A stretch of 64,000 nucleotides of DNA from the NCBI RefSeq assembly GCF_009914755.1, contig NC_060929.1. One strand, written 5' to 3'. Position 1 is the stretch's first letter, and every line of letters starts with the position of its first letter. The position numbers and the translations under genes were made by a program. The stretch comes from the human T2T-CHM13v2.0 reference genome, Homo sapiens. Positions 17,940 to 30,330 of this stretch are shown piece by piece. Below the pieces are notes generated by a model. The model searched no databases. It was not told where the DNA came from and saw nothing but the letters and a program-made list of their open reading frames with translations.

Positions 17940-18244
17940 TTTGGGTTTTTTGTTTTTTTTTTGAGACGGAGTCTCACTCTGTCACCCAGACTGGGGTGCG
18001 GTGACACAGTCTTGGCTCACTGCAGCATCTGCCTCCCGGGTTCAAACAATTCTCCTGCCTCAGCCTCCTTAATAGCTGGGATTACAGGCACACACCACCA
18101 TGCCTGGCTAATTTTTGTATTTTTAGTAGAGATGGTATTTCGCCATGTTTGCCAGGCTGGTCTCAAACTCCTCACCTCAAGTGATTCACGCGCCTTGGCC
18201 TCCCAAAGTGCTCGGATTACAGGCATGAGCTACTGAACCCAGCC
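17940..18244 (-). mobile_element. AluS inside L1PA
   Basis: Full Alu; TSD ctcattgtgg / ctcattatgg. Confidence 0.95.
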
Positions 18245-19079
18245 CTCATTATGGTTTTGATTTGCATTTCTCTAATGATCAGTGATGTTGAGCTTTTTTT
18301 TTTTCATATGGTTGTTGTAGACTTATAAATTCCAAGTGGACAGAGATTGTGACGTTTCTTTGTCATTCACATGAGCAGAACACTCAATAAGTATCCAGTG
18401 ATATTCATGAAAGTAATGTGAGTGATCAGATTTGTGTTGCATGAGATTCTGACAGTACAAGGAACTGATCTGTGTTGTAATCTTCTATCCCATTTCAGGT
18501 ATGTAAAAATGCTGAGGAAAGAAAAGGGGAGAATATGCATGGGTCAGAAAGGAAAAGATAATTCAAAGCCAGGGCATGAGTTATGCTGCACTGGCCAGGG
18601 GGTCATTTGGTCTATACATAAACTCTATGGACTTGGGCTTGGGTTTTAATGCTTGTGTGGTGATAGGAGATAAGGAAATTAGGGATGGGTTTGGTGGAGG
18701 AGGAGGAGATGCACTTCTGCACATGTTTGAATGGAGTCAGAATTTACACTGTCCTCATATCACAGGGATCTCAAGATAAGAGATAGTGACAACTCCTGAT
18801 ACTCTTGCAAAGCAAATGCTAAACTATTCAGAAGCTAAGGCAAAGCCTGCACAGATGAGAATCTTATGGAAAGAATACCCCCTCTGAAGATAAGTTCATA
18901 ATAAAAAGCTCCAGCCACATGAATTAACATGACTAATATATTCAGTAGCCACAAGACAAAGGAGATTTATTACCATAAAACATGAAGTAATGGGACAAAT
19001 TTAAAGGAGTATAAAATATATTTGAAGTAATTAAGCAGATTTTTAGGGAATATTAAGCATAATTAAATGTAACAAAGGA

Positions 19080-19980
19080 AAATAAACGCAGAAAATAGGA
19101 AAACAAAAAATGATGGTAGATAAAAATTATTAAATCAATTATGCCAACATAAACTCTACAGTTAAAAGATTCTAGATTCTATAAAAAGCAAAATCCAACT
19201 GTATGCTGTTTATAAGAAACATCTAAAACCTAAGGATTGTAAACATTGGAAAGCAAGAGATAAAAATAACATACCAGACAAATACCGATCAAAATATAAG
19301 TAAGATAATTTTATTATCGTACCAATAATACACTTGAAGGAAATAAGTGCTAAGAATAGGGGAGACCAAATGAGTAGAAATACAAAATAATCTGGAGAAT
19401 GTGTATTCACCTTACAATGTAACCTCAAAATACATAAAGCAACAATGGACTCAATTACAAATTGAAATTCAGAAATACAAAATCACGTTGAAAGTTTTAA
19501 AAACGCCTCTCTCAAAAACCAATATATTAAGCATATGAGAAAATAGATTTGTACAGTGTATTTTAACAAGGTTACTACTATAATGGAAGGAAGGATGGAT
19601 GGACAGAGATCTCTTCTAGCAATTAGAGAATGTACATTTTTTTCATGCATACTAAAACATGACAAAATTTAAGTATGTACTAGGCCATAAAGGAATTCTC
19701 AACCAGAGACCAACATACGGTCCAAATTTCTGTAGTAACTTAATTACAAAAAAATTGTCTTCCTCACAAATATCAAGCACACAAAAACACAAACACAAGA
19801 AAATTAATGGGCCAAAGAAGACATTAAAAGAAAGATTATGAAACTTTTAGAATTGAACATCAGCCAAAATACTGCTTGTCAGAACTTGCCGCTAATGAAT
19901 TAGCATAACTTTAAATGCATATTTTAGCAAAGATTGAAGATTGATGAACCAGGTTTTCAACTCATGACATATGATCTAAG
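19080..19980 (+). mobile_element. Ancient L1M ORF2 endonuclease-region remnant
   Basis: aaaagcaaaatccaactgtatgctgtttataagaaac (QNPTVCCL*E, compare DPTICCLQETH) and further degenerate ORF2 motifs. Confidence 0.7.
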
Positions 19981-21502
19981 AAAGAGGGTGTATAACAAAG
20001 AGAATCCCCAGAATGATGCTGATGGGAGCTCCTAGATGACCAAAATACAATTGACTCTTGCAGCAGGGGTTGGTCAGAGGGCCTGGAGGGATGAATTCAA
20101 GGGAGCTGTGGGTGGGGTTAAGTGGGTGATTATCTGATGTGCTCAATCATTTTCAATTAGAATTAAAATTTGCCAAATCTGAATTGTTTGTAATATTTTC
20201 CCCATTCTTATTTTCCATCTATTTTGTGCTTCCATTTTTAAAGAAATATACTTTGTATTTATTTTCTAATTTCTTAGAAAATAGTCATTTTTCCAAAGTT
20301 TAAATATTATATTTCCTTTTGAAATTATAGATTCTTTTATTTCTTACTAAATTTAAAGGAAGTACTCTTGTTCTATTTAAAATATATGCTGATTGGACAA
20401 CTCAATTTCAGATTTGATTTTTCTCTATTTCTACATCATGGGAGTGAATTTAATTGATTTTCTTTTAGTATTTGATTTAGGGTAAACTGTCAGTTTTAAT
20501 CTAAAGCATTTTTTTGTTTTCTTTGAGAGAAGAAAGTTGACCTGAAAGATTAAACAAAAAGCAAGTGCTGTGCTTACTAACATAAAATGAACAAAATGGA
20601 CACGTTATGTCATGGGCTGCTTGTCCCCCTCAAAAGACAAAGAGTAAGCCAACCCAGGCCATCCTTTTACTAAGCTAGAACAGCTCGAGTCTGACATTTT
20701 TCTTCTCTAAATTTAAAGACTGGCTAATGTTCATAGTGGGTCTTACTTGTCTTTTACACATTTGGTCTCCTGTGTTCTTTTTGGCTTGAGATCCTTGTTA
20801 GTGTGCAGTATGACTTTGAGAGAAAAAAAAATCCTTTTCATTTTAGGATGGAATATTTAAAATAAACAGGCTGTGTGTTTATTACTGTGGAAACCAGACA
20901 GTAAGTGTGACGGTAAACAGAATGATTTCAAAAGAGTAAGCAGTTAAATGCTAACAGACTGCAATAATACTATCATTATTTCATAAATTTTATTTCTACC
21001 CTAATTATTGAAATGCTTTCTGAAGTAATTTTATGATTTACATGTTAATCTTTTGCCATATGTGATTTTTTAGTTTTAGTAGAAACTTAGCCATTTTTTC
21101 TATAGAATAGAGAAACTTGAAGATATACTTGGTTATAGCAGTTATGATTGCTAGAATACCTTATGAAGGCATTTGATTCAGGAATGACATGGCATTTTTC
21201 ATGTTTGTTAACTACCAATAACATACTTAGTAACATTGTGTCTTGTGAGCTTGCTACAACTGTATGCTTTCTTCTGTAGTCTGTTCAAAGGTGCTTACTC
21301 TAAAAAAACCTAGTTGTAACTGTCCAACTCCTTTAGTATGTAATTTAAAATTTTATATAACACCAGTAGTTATTTCTCTTTGTACTGAATCATTTTGTGC
21401 CTTATATGACATTTGGTTAAAACTGAGTGAAACCAAATTTGCTGTTAAAAAGGAAAAAAAAATCAGCTTGACTCATTTGTGACAGTTCTACCAACCCCAT
21501 CA

Positions 21503-21963
21503 ACTGGGTTCTCTGCTCAGGATCTCACAAGGCTGAAATCAAAGTATCAGTTGGGCTGCATTTTCATGTGGGGCTCCGGTTCTCTTCCAAGCTCACATAA
21601 TTGTTGGCAGCATTCAGTTCCTTGCTGCCTCTTAGCTAACTCTGCTCTCAGCTCCTAGAGGCCATTTTATGGTACCCTCCATATTCAAAGCCAGCAACAG
21701 ACAAGTTCCTTCAAGTCTAATTCCCACTCCTCATGAAGAACCCAGTCCCCTTTAAGGGCTCACTTGATTTGATCAGACCCAACTGGAATGATCTCCTTTT
21801 ATAAGTCAGTTTTGCCATATAAGCTAACCTAATCATGGGAGTGAATATCTCTCAAATCCACAATTCTCACTCACACCTGAAAGGAGGGGGATTATATGGG
21901 GCAGGGCGTATATACCAGCGGGCGGGAATCTTGAGAGCCATCTTAGAGTTTTGGCTACTACTA
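21503..21963 (-). mobile_element. MLT1-family (ERVL-MaLR) LTR
   Basis: gggttctctgctcaggatctcacaaggctgaaatcaa..ttgttggcagcattcagttcctt..gggaatcttgagagccatcttagag. Confidence 0.8.
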
Positions 21964-22439
21964 AGATAATAGAAGCTTTTAGGTAGATATTTCTTCCACT
22001 TTCTTTTCTATCTTAAATGTGTCTGTATTCTTTTCCTCCTCTAGTTTCAGAAAAGGAAAAATCCCTATCTTGTTCTAAGTCCGAATTCTCCAGTGCCGGT
22101 CTTTCCCATCCTTCCTTAAATTCACTCTAATAGACCTGCACTCATTCCCATTCTTACACTCCACTTTTCTCTTGTATTTTAATTTCCCCACTCTGCTTGC
22201 TTCCACTTCTCAACTTACATGAATGCCTAGTCCTCAATTCTTTTCACTCAAGTGAACTTCTCAGCACTTGTCCAGATTTAAGTTTACAATCTTTTCTTGC
22301 TGATACTTTTGCAAACAACTGATCTTCTTATCTCTGGTCCTGCCTACTCTACCACCAGAGGAGCATTTCTAAAATGCAGATCTAATTCAATTATTCTCCT
22401 GCTTAAAAATCACTGGGGAAGTCCTACCTTGTTGTCCTT

Positions 22440-22750
22440 ATCAGAGGACAAAATATAGTCTATAGATATTTTGTGTTTGGGCCTTACATGTAGAAAACAT
22501 TTTAAATGAACTTCCAACAATTACAATTGGGAACTTACACTTAAAAAAAAAATCTAAGTTTCTGGCTTCTCTTGGAAAATTAGAAATCTGGGTATACTGG
22601 CACACAATTCCAAAAGATAACAATCTACTACCACTACCTAATAGCTGCCCTGAAGATGGGAAATGCTCTCTGTATTTTGCCATTCCATCAACTTGACTCA
22701 TTTGCCGTACCTACCTGTCCTCTGAAGATACTTGACTTTGTAAGCCCTAG
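22440..22750. mobile_element. MER102-like hAT-Charlie element within L2 remnants (about 22020-22960)
   Basis: atctaagtttctggcttctcttggaaaattagaaatctggg resembles MER102; flanks carry L2 motifs (ttctaaaatgcagatctaat..ctcctgcttaaaa). Confidence 0.55.
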
Positions 22751-25700
22751 CCTGGAAAATAAAGGCCAAATGCCTTAGCCTAGCATTCATGATTTTTTTC
22801 TAACTTTATCCCATCAACTCTTTTCAAATTGTTGTTTTGGTTACATGATTGCATTTCAGTTTCTCCTGCCAGATTATAATTTTCACAAGGACAGAAAGTA
22901 TGCTTTATTTATGCATTCATGCTAAGCCTCTAGCATGATTTCTAACACATACTATTGATTTGAATAGTACTAATTTTACTTTCACTGACGTATTGATTTT
23001 ATGTGTCCATATAATTGGTCAAAAGGCAATATGGACAAAATATGTTTTTACTTTCTAGCACTATTGAAAAATCTTAAAATGTTGTTTTCTGTCAAATGAA
23101 TCAATAGAATTATTTTGATTTGCAAAGGACAATACATAGTAGTACTATGATGGTACAGTGGGTGGTGGAGAACCTTCATTATTTTCAGTGTCTTGATCCT
23201 TTCATTCTTTCATAGGAGTTTGGGAATTGGGACTTCCCTGTCAGTGTTTATATGTTCAGTCTTCTGAACTACACTGAGAGAAAATAGGGCTTCCAGTTGG
23301 CTCTGGATCCTTCTTTTGCAAGATATTGAAAAGCTTTCTGTTGACATCCATCGATCAGTTAATATTTATAACTTTTCCAAACAAGCCTTCTAACCATTGC
23401 TTGTCCCTAAAGACCATTTTAAACTGTGAATCTTTAAGGTCTTTTTGAGAATAATAGGTTTGGTTATTGGAAGATTTAATGCAGATGATTAATAGAATTT
23501 CCACTGTAGTTCTCTCTGTTTATAATTGAATTAACACATAAAAATGTAAATGGGATTATTAAACTATAAATCTAGAAGGATGAAGTTTATAGTGCTCTGT
23601 GTATTTACTTTGTTCTGTTAGATTTTGAGTATGGTGTTTCCTCTGCAGACTTTAATTCTATTTTTCAGACATGTCACATTAAAGTATAAGAAAATACATG
23701 TCTTTATTCAATATGTCACAAAAGTATTTTTTCATGAAATTAGAAGTAGCTACTCATGTTAAAAAGAATCATAGATTGCTTTTGGCAATGAGAGGAAATC
23801 ATTTAATTCAAGACAGGGTGGTTCCTCTAGGTTACTCACTGATGAGACAACAACAATGGAAAAATTTGCATCATTGCTCTCTTTCCTCTCTGTTAAATTG
23901 TGAACAAGTTCTTTCTGTGATCCTGTTTTTGTGTTGTGTCTCACAAATTCAAAACATTCTGGACTCTTCCTTTTTTCAGTGGCTGTTCGTAGTGATGACA
24001 TCAGTTGTCTACAAGAAAATATTTGCACTTGTGTTCTAACAACAGTCACTGTTTGTTATAGTCTCTGGTTTTATTTTCAGATATTGTTCCAGGATTTCTT
24101 TATTTTGTTATTTATAATATGAAATCCATGTTTATGAAAAAAACATGAATAAAAGTCATTCTTATTTTCTTTACATCTTTCTCTTGCATTACCTAGAGTA
24201 TGCCCAGGGCACTGTAGGGGAATTTGGGAAATGAGCTATCCTTAGGATATAACCACAGATTCAATAAAGCTGAAATACTAGCCATTGCCAGTCTTGATGT
24301 TGGGAGTCTGATTATGTTCCTATATGTTGACATTTTGATTAATGTTTTACGCTGCTACTATTATCCCCCAAATTTGTTCATCTACTCTGAGATTGCTATA
24401 CTTGTGAAAAAACACGGTATTAATGAATACTCTTTTATAACATTTCTCATACTATATAAGTTACTTCTTTATAAATCTCTTGCCTGCTTAACTGAGTGTT
24501 ACTACACAGGGGAAAGGGTGTTGCTTTAGGAAGTTGCTTTTGAGGGAACTGTTCCAGATATTCAACTTCAAGAAGTCTTTCTAGATTGTATAGTCAAGTT
24601 AGATTTTCTAAAATCATAAAGAAGAGATCACCAGTGACCATTGAAGATGGAAATGTATTAGAAATATTCATACATATCAGAGTATGTTAGTCAGGGGAAG
24701 GTAAGGACAGAATGGAATATAGCCACTTTTGGCCTCCAGTCACACCTGGCATCTAGTTCCTATAGGACTAATATGTAGTGAACTAGAATATTAGATCTGT
24801 CCAGTTGAGAACAACCTAACTAGGAACTGCCTTCTGTAGTTTCCCTAAAATCACCACTTGATTGTTAATTCTAAGGGGACATGGAATGTGACAATTGCTG
24901 TTACTTAGTACTTAGAATCCCTTTGGGAAGAGTTTAGAACAAGTCTCTTAAGAAGCAGTCAGCTACCTTTATACTCAGTCTTTCTGTGATTTTCTTTTTC
25001 TTGTGTGTTTATCCAATTTAGCAATACCTGGGTGTCAAATTTATTTATCCAAAACCTGGACTTCTAAAAACTTACCATGAACTTGTACATGTTTACTCGG
25101 TTTAAAAATTAAATGAACCTGTGGGAGCTACCGTGCTAAGAAGGGGCTTTGACTGTGACAGGCACACCAGGCATCATGGTGTCATCTTCAACTTATAGCC
25201 AAACACTGATTTATAAAATTATACTAATTTTTAAGAATGCATATTCTGTAGTTTTGTGAACTGGTTTATTAAGGGGAATGCCTTTTCCTAGTTAATTTAT
25301 TTTTAACCATGGCTATAAGTGCCAAAGCATTTCTCATAATTGAACATAAATCTTTGATCTGGCCTTTTGAGTGATACAATCAAAGAAAAATCTTTAAAAA
25401 TTTTTTTTGAAGAGTCGTTTTGTATCTGATACTGTTTCTCTATGGATATCACTTCTCATATAACTATGTATCTTAATATAGACTATATTGTCAGAGTAAT
25501 CCTTTCCCTTCCACTGCTTCTTTAGTTTTAGGAATTTATACTTTAGCACTCCATTGAATGAAATGTGGTTACTAAATTGTCAAAATACAGTAACTGCTGT
25601 ACTATTTGAACATTTTTTGGCCATGGATAAGTGTTCTCATTTGAGATTGCTTTTTGAAAAACAATTCGCTGAAGTGGAACTGGAGTAATGCACAACAGTT

Positions 25701-26581
25701 GATTTCTTTTGGACTTAACTGAAACTATGTTTCTGGTTTTAAAATTTGCTAACACCAAGGCACTGTTCTATGTAACATGACTTATTTACATAGTTACCAC
25801 ACAACAGTTGGTATTTCATACAGTAACATAATTTCATTGCAAACAGTAATTTTAGTACTGCAATAGTTCAACAGTTTTGTCTGGCTACATATGTAGTTAG
25901 AGCTTTTAAAAGTTAAAAATTCATGGTGTGGTATTATAATCATAGTTTGTATTAATTTTATGAAAATCAATTTATTAGCATTGTAGGCCTTATACTACTA
26001 CTCTCTTTTCATTTATATAAAGCAGATAGTCTGATTAATCGTTCTATAATGTAGACTGCCTTGTTCACATACATGGTAGGAACTAAAGAAAGAATGTTCA
26101 ATTGAATTTCAAGTTTTCTTGTAGCATTCTACAGAAGCTTATTGAGTACACCTCATATATTCCTTATATTAGTTTAGTCTTAGATTCAGAGTTTGAAAAC
26201 TGAACTTACTACTATTAACTCCCTCCTGAAACTTCTGTATTAACTGACATAATGAATGAAACATAGTAAGTACTTAGTAAATGTTATTTAGTAGTAAATG
26301 TTACCTGGTGGTAGTGGTAGTAGAAAACACTATGGTATAATTTTTAAACTTTTCTTGTATCTCATTCCAGTTATAGCTCCTTATATTCAATGCTATTGAA
26401 ACTAAAATGATAAAGACCTTTACATCCCATAATAGGAATATCTGGAAAAATTTTTTAAAAATATGTATTTAAAAAGTGACAACATGAATGAATGAATAAG
26501 AGTTATTAGTAAACTTTTGTAAATAAACTATTAGTAATTCAAGTTATTTTGACCATAGTAAATGCTGCTAATTAAAATTGG

Positions 26582-27115
26582 AGACTGGATGCCGTGGCTC
26601 ACACCTGTAATCCCAGCACTTTGGGAGGCCAAGGTGGGAGGATTACTTGAGGGCCAGGAGTTTGATTTTTTGTTTTTGTTTTTTTTTGAGACATTCTTGG
26701 TCTGTCGCCCACACTGAAGTGCAGTGGTGTCATCTCGGCTTACTGCAACCTCCACCTCCTGGGTTCAATCGATTCTCCTGCCTTATCCTCCTAAGTAGCT
26801 GGGACTACAGGCATGCACCACCATGCCTGATTAATTTTTGTATTTTGAGTAGAGACGGTGTTTTGCCGTGTTGGCCAGGCTGGTCTCGAACTCCTGATCT
26901 CAGGTGATCTGCCTGCCTTGGCCTCCCAAAGTGCTAGGATTATAGGCGTGAGCCACCATTGCCCGGCTGAGGCCAGGAGTTTGAAACCAGCTTGGGCAAC
27001 ATAATGAGACCAGGAGTTCAAGATTACAGTGAGCTATGATTCCACCACTGCATTCCAGCCTGGGTGACAGAGTGAGACCCTGTCTATATAAAATAATAAT
27101 AATAATAATGATGAT
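26582..27115 (+). mobile_element. AluJ (internally deleted) hosting a nested antisense Alu
   Basis: J-type ggaggattacttgag, caggagttcaag..gagctatgat; (AAT)n tail; split at 26665/26969. Confidence 0.9.
26666..26968 (-). mobile_element. AluSx nested in AluJ
   Basis: Full antisense Alu flanked by duplicated ggccaggagtttga. Confidence 0.95.
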
Positions 27116-27687
27116 TTAAAAAATAAGATAAAATCACATTAATTATGTCAGTAATAGCTACCCGTATCTTGATTATTGATTAGCGTAAGTTATAATCTAT
27201 ACTAAACATTAGAAACCTTTGGCCAATGTTTGTTATGGTTGTTACTTAGACATAATTCATTTACTCTTTTATCAACCTTCAAATACTTTTTGGGTGCTAA
27301 GGATATGCTGATAAAGAAGTTAAATATCTTTCATGGGACTTGCTGATTGTGGGTAGATGGTTAGACAGAAAATACATAAAGTAAAAAAATAGTCAAAGTA
27401 ATTTTAGTGAAAATTGTTGTGAATACTTGATGACAGATGAAGGTGCCACCTCTTATGTACCCATAAAAATTAAAAATAAAAATAAAATTTTAAAGATTGA
27501 GCAAGGTGCAGGGTAGAGGCCGTGGAAGGCTTATCTGTACTTTCTTAAGAAGGAAGGTTAAGTATGTGGTAGTTACTTTCTAGGGACATGTTTTGTGACA
27601 CAATGCCTCCCTTTCCTGGGCTAATTTGCAAAGATATATGTATTTAGAAGTAATTTTAAGATACAATAGGCATATAAAGTATTGGAA

Positions 27688-27982
27688 TTTTTTTTTTTTT
27701 TTTGACAAGGTCTCACTCTGTCACCCAGGCTGGAGTGCAGTGGCACGATCTTGGCTCACTGCAGCCTCCACTTTCAGCCTCAAGTGATACTCCCACCTCA
27801 GCCTTCTGAGTAGCTGGGACTACAGGGGCACGCCAGCACACCTGGCTAATTTTCCTGTTTTTTAAAGTGTTGGGGTTTCGCCATGTTGGCCAGGCTGGTC
27901 TCAAACTTCTGAGCTCAAAACATCTGCCCGCCTCAGCCTTCCAAAGTGCTAGGATTACAGACATCAGCCACCACACCCAGCT
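27688..27982 (-). mobile_element. AluJb-like
   Basis: Poly-T; gacaaggtctcactct, gcagcctc, gagctcaa diagnostics. Confidence 0.92.
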
Positions 27983-28849
27983 GGGAAATGATTCTTGGTA
28001 CCAGTTAATGAAGTTGCATCATAATCTATTTTTAGATAAAATTATTAAAATATTTGTTTCTTAATATTATAAATAAAGCAGTAATATTAGCATATATGAT
28101 AGACATGAGACACATTTTAAATCAGCAAATTACCCCCTTATCAATTTTCTATTTGTAATTGCCTTTAAATATTATTTCTGTAAAAGGACTTAAATGCTAA
28201 ATATGCTGTTTTTTCTACAGTACCTATAAATTGATTTTTGTTCCTTTATTTTGAAACAGCCTTTAAGGTAGGTTTCAGTAAAAGCAGACCAAATGTGTGC
28301 AAATGCATTGACTTTAAAACAAGAATGGGGACAAGAAATAAGGAAGAGGAAACCTTCTGACTCAGAAAAGCTTTAGTTTTAGCATAAGCCTTAATTTTTA
28401 GTACTTAACGGAAGGAGAATTGATTACGTTGCTCCCAAGCTCTGTTAGGTAGTAAAGCAGTAACACTATCAGTTTGTTCATCAGAATAGCTTTAATACCT
28501 TTGTTTTTTTTTTTTTTTGGTTTTGATTCTTTAAAAACATATCGAGCTTGGGTCTTATTATATGAAGGGCATTGAGAAACGTGATGAACAATATTTTATA
28601 CAGCAATTATGAAGCCATTTCTGCATGTAGCTTTTCTTTATATTGAGACTCAATTCATTGAAATTCCAGGATAAAAGTAATTCTAATAGGGTCAGAGTGA
28701 TGTGATTTAATTATGTAGCAAATAGATTTGTTCAGTGGTGTACAGAAACAAGAAAAGAGAACGTGAAGATTCAGGTTGGAATGGAGGGCTACAAATGTTT
28801 CAGAAAAGTGGATCATGGGCTTTGAAATGGGTAGTTGTGAGAGATAAAG

Positions 28850-29700
28850 CTTGAGAGGTAAGGTTCTGACCAAGAAGCCTTGTGGGCCGGGAAGGCTTTA
28901 GAATCTTAAGCCAGGATTGACATAATCAGATTTACATCTTAAAATATCACTCTGATAAATGTAGAGAAAGAAACAAGTCACTAGAAGAGTCAGAGAGCCT
29001 AGTTGGAAGGCTGTCACAGTAATCTAAATGGCATGCTTTGGGGATTGGAACTAAGATAGCTGTAATTGAGATTGAGATAAGGGGGACAGAGTGGAGAGCT
29101 ATTTCAGATATAGAATTGACAGAAACTGGTGACTAAATGGATGAGGGAGATAAGAAGGAAAAGCAAAATCAAGGATGATGCTCCAGATTTTAAATTGGGT
29201 TACTAGATGGGTAGAGGTTTCGGTTACTGGGGGTAAAGCAGGTTTTTTTGGGAAATGGATGCGTTTAGTTTTCGATATGGTAAATTTGAGGACCTTTTGC
29301 GACATTCAATTGGAGACAGCTAGTAGAAAGGTTAGTGTATGGATATGAAGGTCAGAATACTGATCTGGATTAGAGCTACAGACTTGAAATTCATCAGCAT
29401 ATTGTTGGTGGGTGAAATCTCATGATCTCAAACTTGAGATCACTCAGGAAGAGAATGGGGAGAAAGAAGAGGAGTTGAGAATAAGAATGTAGTCAGCCAT
29501 CACAGGGCTGGCACCAAAACACTACTACAAAAAGGAGACTGATCAAATGCGATAGATATAGGATGAAAACCAGGCAAGTATGGTGTCAGAAGCCAAGCCA
29601 GTGCAAGCAAAATAAAAACCGTGACATGTCTGTTGGTTTTGAAAACAAAGGGCACTGATGGCATTGGTAGAGAGAATTTCAGTGGAGAATATAGAAAGGG
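28850..29700 (-). mobile_element. L2 remnant
   Basis: gacataatcagatttacatctt, ggaaggctgtcacagtaatctaa, tagaattgacagaa..ggtgactaaatggatg, caaggatgatgctccagatttt. Confidence 0.8.
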
Positions 29701-29879
29701 GAGGAGGAAGGCAGTAGTAAAGGGGGATTAAGGGAGATTTTTAAAATGCAAAACATTTGAATTTGCTTAAACATTCAAAGGAAAAATGTACCAAAGTATT
29801 AGAGTTTGCAAATGCTGGAGAGAGGATAATCGACATCAGAGTTTTTGATGTGGTTTTCATGACCTGGTCTTGGGTTACT

Positions 29880-30330
29880 TCTCCAGCCATGTCATTTCCT
29901 ACTTGCCTTCTCAATCGCTATTTCTCAGTTGTAATTTTTCAGTGACTCCAATGTGTAACATTCACTGTCACCTCTGAGGCTTTGCATGTGGTACTCCTGC
30001 CCAAAGTACTCCTTCTCTATTCCTTATTCCCCTTGCGTGGCTAGCTCTTATTTAGCCTTCAAGTCTCAGGTTGATACCGGTTTACTCCACTAGAATAGAT
30101 TGACCTGCCATGTACTACTACAGCACTTGGCATTTCTCATAGTAACAGCCATCAAGCTTTAATATAATGACTGATTTAATTATCCATCTCTCCTTCTGGT
30201 TAATGTGTCATGAAGAGAAGAAGCATTTTTAGTGTTTTCACATTATCTGTTATTTCTCTTCTCAAATGTCTAACACCTAACATATTCTTAGGTATGTATC
30301 GAACAAAGATGTGAAAAATGAGTGGGATCC
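29880..30330 (+). mobile_element. L2 3' end
   Basis: ggctttgcatgtgg..tagccttcaagtctcag..tctaacacctaacatatt..taggta. Confidence 0.6.

Noticed and set aside
23698-24122. Overlapping 60-113 aa ORFs on both strands, with a faint LLTDETT (hAT-like) motif
   Set aside because: No convincing homology or splice structure that I can support; a Dfam or BLASTX search is needed.
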